A DNA stretch of 64,000 nt from the NCBI GenBank assembly GCA_013239625.1, contig MU054049.1, positions 1,553,892 through 1,617,891 on the forward strand. The letters are read 5' to 3'. The notes beneath the pieces are model-generated. The model made no database searches. It saw nothing but the letters and a program-made list of their open reading frames with translations, and was not told the origin of the DNA. Made by a program: the position numbers and the translations under genes. Origin of the DNA: Lama guanicoe (taxonomy: Eukaryota). Shown one piece after another: positions 13,920-27,080 of the stretch (positions within the stretch are counted from its first letter, which is position 1; each line of letters opens with the position of its first letter).

Positions 13920-16640
13920 TTAACAACATATAATGTGAATTCCAGGAGGCGAGAGTAGAAACGGTATTAAAAAAGTGATTTTTAAAAAATGATAGAAAAA
14001 AATCCTGAGAAGAGACTGGGAGTCTACAGAGTAAAACAGCCTAGAGTGTCAAGCAGAAATACAGAAAAAGCCATATACCTGGGTATACACCTGCTAGATG
14101 TCTGAATTCCAAAAATAAAGAAAAATAAGAAAAAATGCTGTAGCTTCTGGTCAGAACAAAACGGGAAGAGAAATGATTCCCTTAAGAGGAAAAGGATTCT
14201 ACCTGAATTGGATTATCTTTTCTGCCAACACTAAAAATGTCAGAGAGCAAAGGGAAAAATCTTCGCATAATTCTAGGGAGAAAGCAGTGACCCTGGAATC
14301 CTGCATTGATCCAAACTAGCAGTCACGCTTGACAGAAAGAAGTAAATGAATTCCACCTTCAGACAGGCAAGGACAGAAGACAAACCAGCAAGAGATGGGC
14401 TAGGTGCAGCTCGCGATGTCCAGCCAGGGCAAGTGTGCAGTCACCAAATGAAGGCAGCCCCTTCCCTGGGCGGGGGAAGGAGGGTGCCCAGGCCACTGCT
14501 CTCTGTGCAAGAGCAGACACAGAGCTCCCGACCGCGGTGCTCAGCACAGATGGAGCGCTTGTTGCCACTCGCTGCGACAGGACAGATGTCCTTATTAACC
14601 CCGATTTACAGATGAGAAAACCGTGGCTTAGACATGGTAAATAATACCATCAGGTCAAACAGCTGGTAAGTGATGGAGCCAGGATCTGAGCGCAGAAAAG
14701 CGGCCAACTCCAGAGCTGGTTACTATTAACTATTAGGCAACACTGCCTCTTACTCTACTACAAAAGAAAACCCTTGTAAGGGACGATCACATGTAGCATA
14801 TCTACCAGTTCTTAAAACAGACTGTTAAAACAGTAATTAAGTAAATATTAAAACACTGTTTTAAATATTAATGAAGCTGTTAAGAAGGGATCTAAAATAT
14901 AAAAAGGAATATATTTTTGCATTACTATAATTCCAGTTTAATTTAACAAAGCCTAGAGTGAAAAGAGGGGAAAATAGAGTGTACTAAAACTCTCCTCTTA
15001 TCCAAGGGCAGAACGGGGCACAGGTGATGAATACCATTAAATTCCTTATCAGGAGAGAAAAATTGGTTGAAATACATTTGTAAAAAAAATTTAACCCCAT
15101 TTATTGATTAATAGTTGCTACTTCAGCACAAATACTAGAAAAGAAATAAATTATAGAGCTATCAAAACCACTATCAGGGAAAAAATACTAATAAGAAATA
15201 GAAAAAGAATTAGGGAAATATAAAAAGCAGACAATATCACGACCAGAAAATAAGATAGCTGGTTTCAGACGAAACATTCACGTCGGCGGGTTGTCAGCAG
15301 GGAGAGCATGGCCAAAACCCAGCCTCGTGTTTAAGAGACCCAAACCAGACTGGCGCTGGGATATTAAGAGTAAGAGAACTATCAAAGATGTACCAAGGAA
15401 ACGCAAACAAAAAACAGGGCAGGATTAGAAATACAAATATCAGACAAAAAGAACTGAACAGAAAAGGCAGGGCTAGTTTGCATTTTAAGGAGACAGCACA
15501 CCAGAGAGAAGAGCCACTGCCTGCCCGAAGCACAGCCCTCGGAGCTGCGCTGGCAAAGCGGCTCGCCCACGACCGGCAGTGGATGCGGCCACAGCCTCTG
15601 AGTTCGCCCGTCAGAAGACAGAAAGACAGACTAAGGATAATCGCAAATTTAAAAATAAGGAGCCAAAGATCTGAGTGTCGCCAGCAGTGGGCTCCTTGTA
15701 ACAGCTCTCAGCAGAGCCTTAGCCCACACAGAATCCTCCCTCTCCGCTGGGGCTGAGATCAAACCACGCGGCCAATGCCGTCAGCTGAAAACAGCACATT
15801 GAGACAGTAAGGTAAAAACAAAAACTAGTGAAGCTTAAGGAACAAACCTGGTAGAGCTGGTAAAGCAAAAACCTAAGTGACTCTTTGAAAAGACCAAAAA
15901 CCAGACAAACCTCTGAAAAGTCAGCCCGAGGAACAGACTCGGATGGGCAGCGTGAGAAACGATAAAGGAGTCGACCGCGGATGCAGAGAACTGAAATCTT
16001 AGCCCATGCCGTGTGCAAATCTAACGCCAAAGAACCTGAACATCGACAGAGGACGGGTGTTTCAAAAAAATGAATTACAAAATGGACCCAAGAAAAAATG
16101 AGACAAACCAACCAGACCAATAATGAAGAACTTGAAAAAAATGGTATAGTTTCCCACCAGAAGTCTGCAAGACCCAAGGGGTTTTAGAGTGATGTAGGAA
16201 TCAACCCTGTTATTTAAACTGTTCTGAAACACAGAAAAAGACAGAATGCATTCCAAGTCATTATTTTAAGGCTAGCAAAACCCTCTTTTCAAATCTGATG
16301 GACGCAACACACTTGTGTACGTACCCGCACCCCCACCCTGACTAGAGGTCCATTACTTTATAAATAAAATCTAGCACTACATTAAGCTAATAAGGCATCG
16401 CAGGAATAGAAGAATAGCTAATGCTAGGAAAACTAATACCACAATTCATGTAATCATAATCATACAATTTTTAAATTTCTTAAATTTAAAATTCAACATC
16501 CTCAGAAGTGGTATTAACTTAATAAACAAGGATTCGAATATTTTTAGTTCAATAGAACATGAAAGGGTGTAACAAGGGCTAAGAAAATTTTGAAAGAGGA
16601 AAAGAGAAAGTCTTCTCACGTCATAATACACTCAAACTTC
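13920..16640 (+). mobile_element. Highly degraded L1 ORF1/ORF2 fragments, interrupted by a MIR
   Basis: A-rich plus strand with L1-ORF2-like phrases (AATATCAGACAAAA, CTCTTTGAAAAGA...CAAACCTCTG, CAGACCAATAA, TCATTATTTTAAGGCTAGCA). No intact ORF. Confidence 0.6.
14590..14745 (-). mobile_element. MIR SINE
   Basis: ATTAACCCCGATTTACAGATGAGAAAACCGTGGCTTAGA...CAGCTGGTAAGTGATGGAGCCAGGATCTGA. Confidence 0.75.
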
Positions 16641-17879
16641 AGAGCTAAGAGCTCTAATACCGGATACGATTAAAGGTTTGACAGGTGAGAGCTGTGTTAT
16701 TATTATGACTATTATTTTGCCATCTTCCTATTCAGTTTTCAGTGCCTGCACAATCCTACCTTGAAGGCCACATCTGATTTAACCATTTCCTGACTTTCTA
16801 ACCTTATGACAAATGCAGCAGTAAACACCTCAGGACTCACAGGCTTTCAAATGCACGTACGGGCTCTCCCAGGCCTCGCCTCCACCCACTTCTCTGGGGC
16901 AACACTGCTACTCCATTGCCACCAGCCCCACCCTGGCAGCGAGTGTCCAGTGAAGAAAAGCAGGCTGTCCAAGATGCACTGCTCCACCCTGAACGCATCC
17001 CACTGGTCCTGGGCCTTTTAGAAGCCAGGAGCTTCAATAGCTCCTCCACATGTCTATCTCCCACTGAGATTCCGGACAGGCAGCAATCCCCATTCCATCT
17101 TCATTTCCACCTCCTCCTAGGAGAGCAGAGGCTGCTAAGAAGTCAAGAAGCAGGTAGGACGTGGGACGACAGCCAACCGGGACAGGAGAATGCTCCATGC
17201 CTGCTCTACTCCAGGCACGGCACCACGTGTGCACAGAGAGGAATGGGACATGGAAACAATGACAACTGTTTGGGGCCCGAAGTACAGCAGAAGTGAAATT
17301 ACCAGTCACATAAAATGTCCACTGGCTCGTGGCCAAATCCTGCCCATGTGGGTCCACTGGCTCACGGCCCTGGAACTCCTAACTGCTGGACGCACAGATG
17401 CGCCACGATCTTTCCACTACCCTCCAAGGAACGCCACCCCGAGCCCGACTCTGGACATCCCTTTGCCACCAGTAAACAAACGAGATGCCGAGACTCTCAA
17501 GTGGCTCAACCGTGGAAGCAATGTTTCCTTCTGTTGCATGTTGAAGAACTGAGGTTAATTCTGTAATGTTAGCTCCAGAAATACAGAATTTCTACCATAT
17601 TCAGAAAGATGTATGAGGATGAAGAATCAAGATGATGCTTTTATAAAAAAAAAAAGTAAAAATCGTCCAATGTCCCCGTTGAAAATATAACCTCCACTTA
17701 ACAGCCACTGGGCAAAAACACATCCAAGACTATTTGTTTTCACCTGATTCCATCTCAGGATTCTATAACCGCCTAGCCTGGAGTTTCAATGATGGTGAAT
17801 TGTTGAATATTATGGACGTCTCTATCCAAACACTTAAGACAAATCATCTCGGGCGGTTTCAAATTAAAAGCTTGTAAAA

Positions 17880-18400
17880 TATGTAACCTCTCCTAGTTTT
17901 TGCAATTAATAGGGTACATCTGCAATTAGCCTGACTTACTGAATGCAGCGCTGTTGTCATTAAAAGATGTCTGTAAAAGTGCCGCCGTTATTACGGAGGC
18001 TCAGGAGACCAGTCCCTCCTAGAGGGCAAACAGTGGACTGGTAGAAAACAACAGCCATAAATCACGCTGTCAGGCAGCGGGGGGAGCGGCGTGGAGCACA
18101 GGCACATGAAGGCCATTCACGGGAAGCAGCACAGCGGCTTCCCAGGCAGGATTTACTGCACCTGTAATTAATTAAAATTTCCTTCAAGCTAAATCTTTAA
18201 TAAACAAGGATTTGTGCTGACAATGGAGGAAAAAAGGGCTCCGGCAACACAACTTCAGAATAGCCCTCACGGAACGAGCGCAGCATCTATCATTTCTTGT
18301 TGTACTCGGTGTATACGCCGTCGCTAAAGTTAATAGGAACTCCATCACTTTGTGTTATCATTTGTGTCCTTGCAATGGGTCTGAAATATTGAGGATGCTT
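17880..18400. promoter_or_regulatory. Candidate developmental enhancer in ERCC6 intron 8
   Basis: Non-repeat, CpG-retaining sequence. Pbx-Hox site CCATAAATCA 18055-18064 next to Meis site CTGTCA 18067-18072; TAATTAATTAA 18165-18175; Sox ACAATGG 18220-18226; E-boxes. Function is inferred. Confidence 0.5.
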
Positions 18401-18819
18401 GAGGAACCGTGTGGCCCTCTCCTACTATCATTTGTTAGGTTTTCAGTTGACTCCCTTCCAGCCTGTTAAAAAGCCAAGTCTTTTTACACTAGTGTTTTAG
18501 AAAATGAACCTTTTTGAAGAACATGTGATGGCAGGTGCATCAGATGGTCGTGTTCTTTCTGTGTGGTCTGTTCTATAATCACCCCTTGCATTTCTCAAAA
18601 AATTTTAACATTCTATTTCACTGTTTCCATTTGGGGCCAACGCATCTGGACATGAGGGAAAAGGGTCTAGACGTGAAAGACTATGAATATTTTTGATACA
18701 GCAGGAGCAAACCCTCTATCAAATGTATTTATACTGAATCCATCAGAAACGTCAGAGCATCTTTTCTTTTCTCAGGTACTGAGATGACAAGGACTACTAC
18801 ATTCTTTGTTTCTAATAGT

Positions 18820-19050
18820 AGGAATTACCCAAGTAAACGTTCTGTGCTGGGGACCACACTAAGCTTACTGTGCACACATATTAACCCAACAAATCCTCAC
18901 AAAATTACCCATTTTCAGGAGATCAGTCTAGGCTCAGAGAAGCTAAGTGACTTGCCCCAGGTCACAAAGCTATAAAATGGCAGATCCAAGATTCAAACCC
19001 TGGCTCTGGAAATTATAAAATCTATGCTTTTAAGCCTTTATGCCACGGTT
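18820..19050 (-). mobile_element. MIR SINE
   Basis: CCCATTTTCAG...GGCTCAGAGAAGCTAAGTGACTTGCCCCAGGTCACA...GATTCAAACCC. Confidence 0.78.
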
Positions 19051-22000
19051 GCATTTTTCAATCTGATGGCTCTAAATGCCATGAATTGATCAAAATGATA
19101 AATCTCTCTGAGTTATCAAAAATATTCCACAGAGTTACAATACCCTACATAGCAGGGAAAGGTGGGAAAGCTATAAAGTGACAACCATCTCAGAATATAA
19201 GCAAGAAATTTCTCACACACATCTTCCAATAAATTGAAAAAAGGGTCCTTAATAATTAAATAAACTTTACAACACAGTGCTAAAGATGTCACCACCCACT
19301 GTGAGTTATGGGGTAAGTATCTCAAAACTGCCTTCTTTTATTATCTTTTCGTATTATTTTCTTTCCCCAAGAAAATGGTGAGCTTTTCAAGGTCAGTTAA
19401 AAACATCATATCCATTTTTGGAGCCCTAATAACATCAAATACCTGCAATACTGTGTTTATAGTTATTCAACAAATAAATATTAATCCACTCACAGATCAA
19501 GTTTCTCTCTGTTAGAAAAAAGAGATCATAAAACATAATGAGAAAAGGAAAATCCTTGATTCCTATTAAATGAGATTTCAACTGACCATTAAAGGAGATT
19601 CAGAAGCCTGAAAATGTCTTTATCTGATTTGATCATTTGGTTGAAAATATTAGCCACATTTTTTTTTTGCACAGTTGCTGGGTGTGCATTTGATAATTCT
19701 AAATTATGCTGTCAACCAAAGAGAATATTAACAAAGATGATACAGGATCACGTGGTGAGAGAGGTGGGAAGCTAAAAGGCAATGCAGGGAGGAAGAATGA
19801 CAGATATGCTCCACTTACAAACTGTTTGATCATTTGATCTCTGTTCCCTAAATGAAAAATTTACAAAATTTTACTTCTTACCATATTGATTAGAAAAGTA
19901 ATGATTTTTAATTCTGAATGATTAGAAAAATAAAAATGATCTCTTTGAACGAAAAGCAGAATACTTCTGGCATTATGATGCCTTTAAGTTCCCTGAAAGA
20001 GAAATTCTCTTCTCTTCCCTATTTTCTGCAGCACTGAAGGCCCCTGTGCTGGAACACCGCTATTACACTTAGACAGGACAGCTGGTGGGCACAGAAAGCT
20101 GCCCCATGGAAAGAGGAATCTCAGCCTGTAAGGATGGAAAGGAAGTCAGACATTAGATGCTGGGTTAGAGGACAGACCAGCATTGGCAGAACATCTGAAA
20201 TGTGATTAAGAAATGTCAACTCTATTGCAATGCAACACACACCTGTAAGCCAACAGGTGTGTACAGGGTGGTGACAAGACCTGTACATACAAACATAAAA
20301 GGAAGGAGCAAAGGGAGCAAATGCCACCTCGGTGTTTTAATCCAGAAGCCAGAGCTCTGATCTTGGAAGTGTTACTAACCAGGCCTTGTGCAAAGGAGTG
20401 AATACATTCTCAATGTGTCACCCTCACAGATAACAAACTGATATTAACATTAACAATAAACAAATAGTAAACTGTGTTTCTAAGTGGAGAGTATTGTTTG
20501 AAAGATGCAAAAGGACTTCTCCATCTTTTGCATAACAGTTTACGTATCTTTAGAGATCTGAGATAATTTATGATGGAAAAGGAACTGTCAAAAGAGTTAA
20601 GGGTCAGAGTAAATAAACAAGTCCACTGCTTTTGCTCAAAAGTCAAGTCACAAACTGCAAGTTAAAGTCCTTGGTAAACTGTTCAGCACTAAAAAAAGGC
20701 ACGGACGATCATTTGTATGCATGTGTCTGTACGGGCAAAACCACCTCAGAAGGTGCGATCTTTGTAAACAAAAGTGAAATGATGCATTCTTCAAGGTTTT
20801 GTCTGCCAAACAAATTAAGGAAGCAAGTCTCACCAACAGAGACACTGACCAATGTCAATTCTATCTCCACTAGCGAGTCAATGTATTTCATGAAGGTTCT
20901 TTTTCAGGTTATAGTTAACAGAGGAAACGCAGGGAAGCCATGATACGGTGAAGGTGTGAAATACACACTTCACCAGCGCAGAAGAAATGAAAGGATAAAG
21001 AGGAACATATGAAAAATTTGCCTTTTAAAGACATTCATCAATGAATGAATCTGAGTGTAGGATTTTGCAATACAAAACACTAGGAAATGTCAACAGACAA
21101 CAGAAGTGAAAAAAGGAATCAAAAATGTTTTATGAGGGTGATTTGATGACAGATAGTTACAACAACTTAGTTGGACTACAAAAATAATCTATAACTGTTA
21201 TTTTCATGCTGCTGAAAAAAAAATCACGACCTTTTTTTTTTTCTGACTGCAGCATTTACCCTACTTCATTAATTATTTCAACTCATTTGTTTCCCATTTT
21301 ATTATTTAAAATTCAGGGCAAAGTTAGCTGATTTTAATAACAGGTAGTAAAGCAAGATTCTGTGGCATCAAACTTGAGCTACGAAATTACAGATACTCTG
21401 ATTCACTTCTACCAAAAGTTCCACTTACTCGTGATCACAAACAAAATGGGAATTTGGAGGAAAGGGGGTACTGGCAGAATTGCAAAGACACTGGAGGTTA
21501 GTGGCTCATGTGGATTTAACTCAGTGAGGCCAACGTTCAACAGCTCTTTCAGCTGGCATCCTTTCACGGGGGCACAGAGAGCTCACTCAAGGGCTCTGAA
21601 GACTCGGCAAAGAAAGAAGGCATAACAAGCTGCCACTTCTTGTCTACAGAGTGACCTGCAAACCCACGGTGACAATGTGTAATTATTATTTATTCAGCTA
21701 TGGGGCACTTGGGATACAAAAAATGAGGAAGACATCCCTACTCTGCAGAGCATACAGTCTAGCTGGTAAGTCAGAGGAGAATAAAAAAAGCATAATACGA
21801 CCTATCTCTGCTAGGGTAAGAGATGGTAAGACTCTCTTTTGATAATGTGGCTAAAACTACGAGTAAGTGAGGAAATGTGACTTTCAAAAAAAAACTGATT
21901 ATACTTACATGGTGATCAAGAATTCAGAGAACAAAAAGCAACTTAACTAAAAGGTACCAATACAAATTATGAAATTCTCAAAATGGCAGGCTGTTCTTTT

Positions 22001-22414
22001 GTTCATTAAAACATGTTAAAAGCATGTTAACAAATGCATTTACCAATCAAGAGTTATTATATTTTTGTACCCATTTTCCTAATGCCCCAAATCCAGCCAG
22101 TAAACCGCTGCGTAAGTCCCTGTTTCCAGTCCCACTCACGCTATCAGGCCAGTGGCGCCCTGTGTGTGCCCAGTTGTGTTTCACGGGACAATCAATATGT
22201 CTCAACGCCTCCTATGGACAGTTAGCACGAGCAAGACTACGTTCATAATTGTTTTGAAAATACAGAGCTCCAAATTAAATCAATAACAATACGTTTAAAT
22301 GCATGAAAGAAACACAGAAACATACATTTGAATAACACATGGATCAAAGCAAAAGAAATTATGTAAAATGCAAGGCTTTAAAACAAAACAAGCAGAAGAG
22401 GTACTCAAGTATCA

Positions 22415-22657
<243 letters not shown>

Positions 22658-23444
22658 TTAGCAGTTCAAATAAGAAAATCCTAGTTATGGAAATTTACTG
22701 ATATTTTCTTTAAAGAACAAGATCTTAAGGATAAAACCCACTAAGTGAAATCCCTACAACCCTATTCATCAATTAGTGGGTGCAGATATTAAGGGGAAAC
22801 GCCAGCTGCCAACACGTTAAAAGGTAATGTCTATTGCAAAGTAAAAGAAAATCAAACAAAAATTACGTGACAAAAATACTTTTCTCTCCTCTTCTATTCC
22901 AGACCAGTGAAGGTACTAGACGATACATCTTACACTATGTGAACATAAGAGTAGCTTCGATTGGTTGGAAGCTTTATAGTCTACCCAGAGTTTCCACCCA
23001 GAGGCTGTCAATCAATCTCACAGCCCTGGGAAGTGAGCAGAACCAAAACCCTGCACTGTTAGGGGATGCTGAAGACTGGTGTGCCAACGGCGACATGGGT
23101 CCCAGGAGATGGAGCAACGCCTCAAGTCGGTCGTCTGATTGCTGCAGCCTATTCTTTCACTACATCATGCTGCTGGCTCCTCCATGTGATAAAAAATACC
23201 AGTGGGAGAGCATCACGGTGACCGCTTCTCCTAGAAGGCCCACACCAACAGACAGCAAGTTGCGCGGTTTTCAGGGGAAGCAGCTGAGCGTCACATGGCC
23301 AGAGCCTTAGCAAGGGGCGTGTTGACCAGACAAACACTGATGGGTCGGGATACACATGGTAGCATTATTTGTACTGCGGGGAAAGTGGGTGCCACCTGAA
23401 CATCTGTAAATAAGAGAAGGGCTGCAGAAACCATCCGATCTGAC

Positions 23445-23615
23445 TACAGCACAGGCTAGTGGTTAGGAGCACTGTCTGGAGCTGAATCCTGGCTCTGCAC
23501 ACACTAACTGAACCTCGGTGTCTCATCTTAAAATAGGAATAATAATAATATTGATGATACAGGGTTACACGAAGATTAAATGAATATCTATAACGTACTT
23601 GGAACAGTATATAGT
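23445..23615 (+). mobile_element. MIR SINE
   Basis: AGTGGTTAGGAGCAC...GAATCCTGGCTCTGC...CTCATCTTAAAATAGGAATAATAAT...GATTAAATGA. Confidence 0.75.
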
Positions 23616-26600
23616 AGATACTATACTAGAGTTTGTTAAATAAGATGGAACACCATATAACCATGAAAATGAAGAATACTTAAAACCTGAAAAATGCTCA
23701 TAAGTCTTTAAAAAAAATGACCTTTTTTATGGAATCGCCCCAATTTACTTACACACAGGGAGTCAGTAAACTGGTTATGGCCACTATCTCAACAACCATC
23801 TCTCCTCTCTCTGCTTCCGAACAGAATCACAGTTTCGTGCAGGCACCCCCTTCTCCTTCCCAAACACGTCCTCGGTGGGACTCTGGCCACTGTCTGGCTA
23901 TGGCGAAGAGGAGTGAAGCCACGTCTACGGCCCTTCAGCACACAGTACTCCCCCGGTGACACTCTCCAGTCCACTGAGGGGGTGGGAAGATGCCTCGCAC
24001 AGGGTAAGGAAGGACTCAACACTCTAGGCTGTGGAATCACCTCTCTTGGTCTCCCCGGCTTCATGTGGACAAGGAAACTGAGCCCAGTGGCCACTGGCAG
24101 CTGGGATCCAGTGCAAGGAGATCTCATGGCCACAAGAAGAACTGCCCTCAGGAGAAAATTAAAGTGTCCGGGCCCCTGATGACATCACTGGGATGTTGAT
24201 CATGCTGTGTTTACAGCCTACCCTCTTTGTAGGTTTCTAGGTATATCACACATTTTGTGAACATTCAACCCAATGTAGGGCCAGGAATTTTTTTTAACCT
24301 GCAATCAAAATACCCTGATCCATTACGTACCACGGGCACCTGACTGAATCTGTACCATCCTGCCCCCCTTCCCTGCTATTACAATGGAACAGGCATCCCT
24401 TTTCCTGCCCGAGCCCAAACCCGCCTCGACATCGATGCTCCTATTACTGGAGTTGCTTCAACTTCAGTCTTGCTGGGAGATGGGTGCTAGCTGGTGCATA
24501 AAATGAATATTAAGCAAAAGTCAGACTATGTGGATCTCTTCAGCATGAGACTCACACCCAGCTCACACTACCAGAGACAACTGGGAGCCAAGATTTGCCA
24601 GAGGACCCTGGAAACCCACACAGCCCACCTCTCACTCATTCTGGAGCAGAGTCACCGGCACTTTTTAAACTGTCACTCTCTGCTCCCTACCTTTTTCCGC
24701 CCAACAAGGCTGCTGAACATCTGAAGCTAGATGCACCAACCCACTGCACACACTCTCCCCATGCCCTCTCGTAACTCTCAAGTGTAAGTTACTCCCTAGA
24801 CACTGACGATGCCAGTCTAGGTCTCCAGCCCAATCCCTGTCCCAAACTCCAAAGTACCAGAGGCCTGAAGGTCCAACTGCTGGCTGATCTCTCCACTTAG
24901 CTGTCCCCATGGCACCACACTGCAACCTCCCCTACTTTGCCTTCCTCCCATGTTTCCTAATCCAGTGGGAAGAACTGTCACCCATTCTCCAGGCACCCAA
25001 ATTGGAAATCCAGGCCTCATCCCTGCCCTGTCCTTCTTGTTCTCCACTGCACTTTCCAACCTGGACTGGGTTCGTGTCATACGTCCACCTCCTAAACGCC
25101 TCCCAGAGTCACCGTGTCTCTGCAAATACACTGCTGATAACTCCACTTCTGGCCACTCTCATCTCTTACTGGGTTACTGTACTTTCTAGCACAATCATTC
25201 AAGAAAGCAAAATCTGAATGACTCATCCCTTTGCCCCCTACCCTCAGAACAGTCTAGGTACCTTAACCTGGCACATAAGGCCACAAGGACCTGATGGCGG
25301 CCCACCTCCTCAGCATCACCGCTCAGGGTCCCTGTGGTCCAGCATGCCCCTACAAGCACGTCTTCAGTCACTACGAAGTGCGTACTCCTCCGACCTCTCA
25401 ACCTTCGCCTTTTCCCTTCATAGCCTCTCCTCCCAGTCACCCTGTACCTGCCCTTCAGCCCTCGGCTTCTTCTACAGCGTGCCCCCTGTCCCTGTCTCTC
25501 CTCATAGGTTAAGGACCCTTCCTCGGTGAGTGCACACTAGTTAGGACCCCATATGAACCCCGTCATAACAAGCATCGCCCTCACCGGGCTCCTTGAGAGT
25601 ACAGAGGCAGCCTCTCCCTCAAACCATCTCCCTGCACAGGAGACCACAGGCGATAACTAATGGACAGTGGCTTTATTAAATGGAATTTTTTTTAAATGTT
25701 GGAAGAAATTATATTGAAACATTAAAAAGAGATTATTTCTGACTTGGGGGGATCATGGGTGACTTAAATTTTCTTGCTACCGTTCAATAAATGATCCCTG
25801 AACTTAAAAAAAAATTTTTGTAAATTAGAGTAAATCACATAGTGCTTCAAAAATTAAAAATAATCTTCTTCTGCACAACTGAAAAATACCTTGTAGTTCT
25901 AGAAGAAAAACAAGCCATAACTTAAAGGAGGCTTACCCTTAGACCCCAGTGTAACAACATGCCTCCACACACTTCTCAAACCTCTCAACCTCCAGCGACA
26001 AGTCACTGCCCCTGCCCCTCAGATTGCTGACACTTCCCGCAAAATTCCCAAGCCCTGCTCTGCTCCTCCCCAAGGGCAGGTCCCAGGCAGGCGCCCCCTC
26101 AACTCCCGGGGGAGAGCGTGACTCCACCCTGGCACCCTCCGTGACAATACTCCTTTCTAAAAGGATTAAACGCACCAGCTTCTTTATATCCTCCGAGGGG
26201 AATCAAAGAGAGTTATCATCAATACGCACTCAGCAAGGGTTAAGAAACAACCAATCAAAGCCCATCTAAAATATTTAAAAACAAACTCGCTTTCAAACAC
26301 AAATACATACGTAAGCTTTCCTAAGTCATAGATCATTTCTGTTCTTTTCATAACACGCTCTCCATAAACTGCTACATTGATGCCTCACACTTTGTCATTT
26401 AAGGCCAGTATTTTATTCTGGCTGAACATCTATCTGGCTTTATGATGCCCTTTAATTTCTGCCATTCTGTCTATTAGAAGACTAAGGAGATTTTCCCACT
26501 GAGTGGAAATCTGGGAGCGGACCTAGATGGTTCCTGAACCACAGAAGGGGCTATCAGACCCATTAACGTTCACATCACTGCACCACCCTTCTGCAGCCCT

Positions 26601-27057
26601 CAGTACCGGTGAGATGTGCGGGAGAAACGGCTAAATGTACTGCAGTGATTAGCATCAATTACCAAACTGGCTGCAATTCCTTTCATCTTCGATTACCACT
26701 GATTACCTAATGAGTTTACGCCACGCCGATAGCTCCGATTTCAACTTGCAGGATGGAAACCTGTAAGCCCGTCCCAGGACTTACAAAGTAAAAATATTTA
26801 CCTTTGAAAGTTTATTAACTTTTTCAGGCTAGTTATGTGTAATTAGGAATTTACTAAATGATATCCAAGATTTCAAAGTATTAACTGAAGTCGGAAAGGT
26901 GACTAATATATTTCCTCTCCATCATAAAATTCTGAGAGCCTAGCACTATTGTATGAATGGCAAAGTGAAAAGAAGCTAGTGTACACATTATGAACTGAGA
27001 AAACAACCATTTTAGATTTTTTGCTAACCACGTGTAAATATGCTTTTCCCTCTTTAA

Positions 27058-27080
27058 ACACACACACACACACACACACA
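27058..27080. repeat. (CA)n microsatellite
   Basis: Read directly from the sequence. Confidence 0.9.

Noticed and set aside
14844..14869. AT-rich near-palindrome AATATTAAAACACTGTTTTAAATATT (and a similar one at 23610-23625)
   Set aside because: Short and AT-rich, within or beside old repeats; expected by chance.
15388..16177. 122-aa and 152-aa ORFs
   Set aside because: They lie within decayed L1 sequence; composition reflects strand A/T skew and there are no intact EN or RT motifs.
22834..23310. 158-aa plus-strand ORF in intron 7
   Set aside because: Non-ATG (TTG) start, no recognisable homology and no clear splice or polyA context; a chance ORF.
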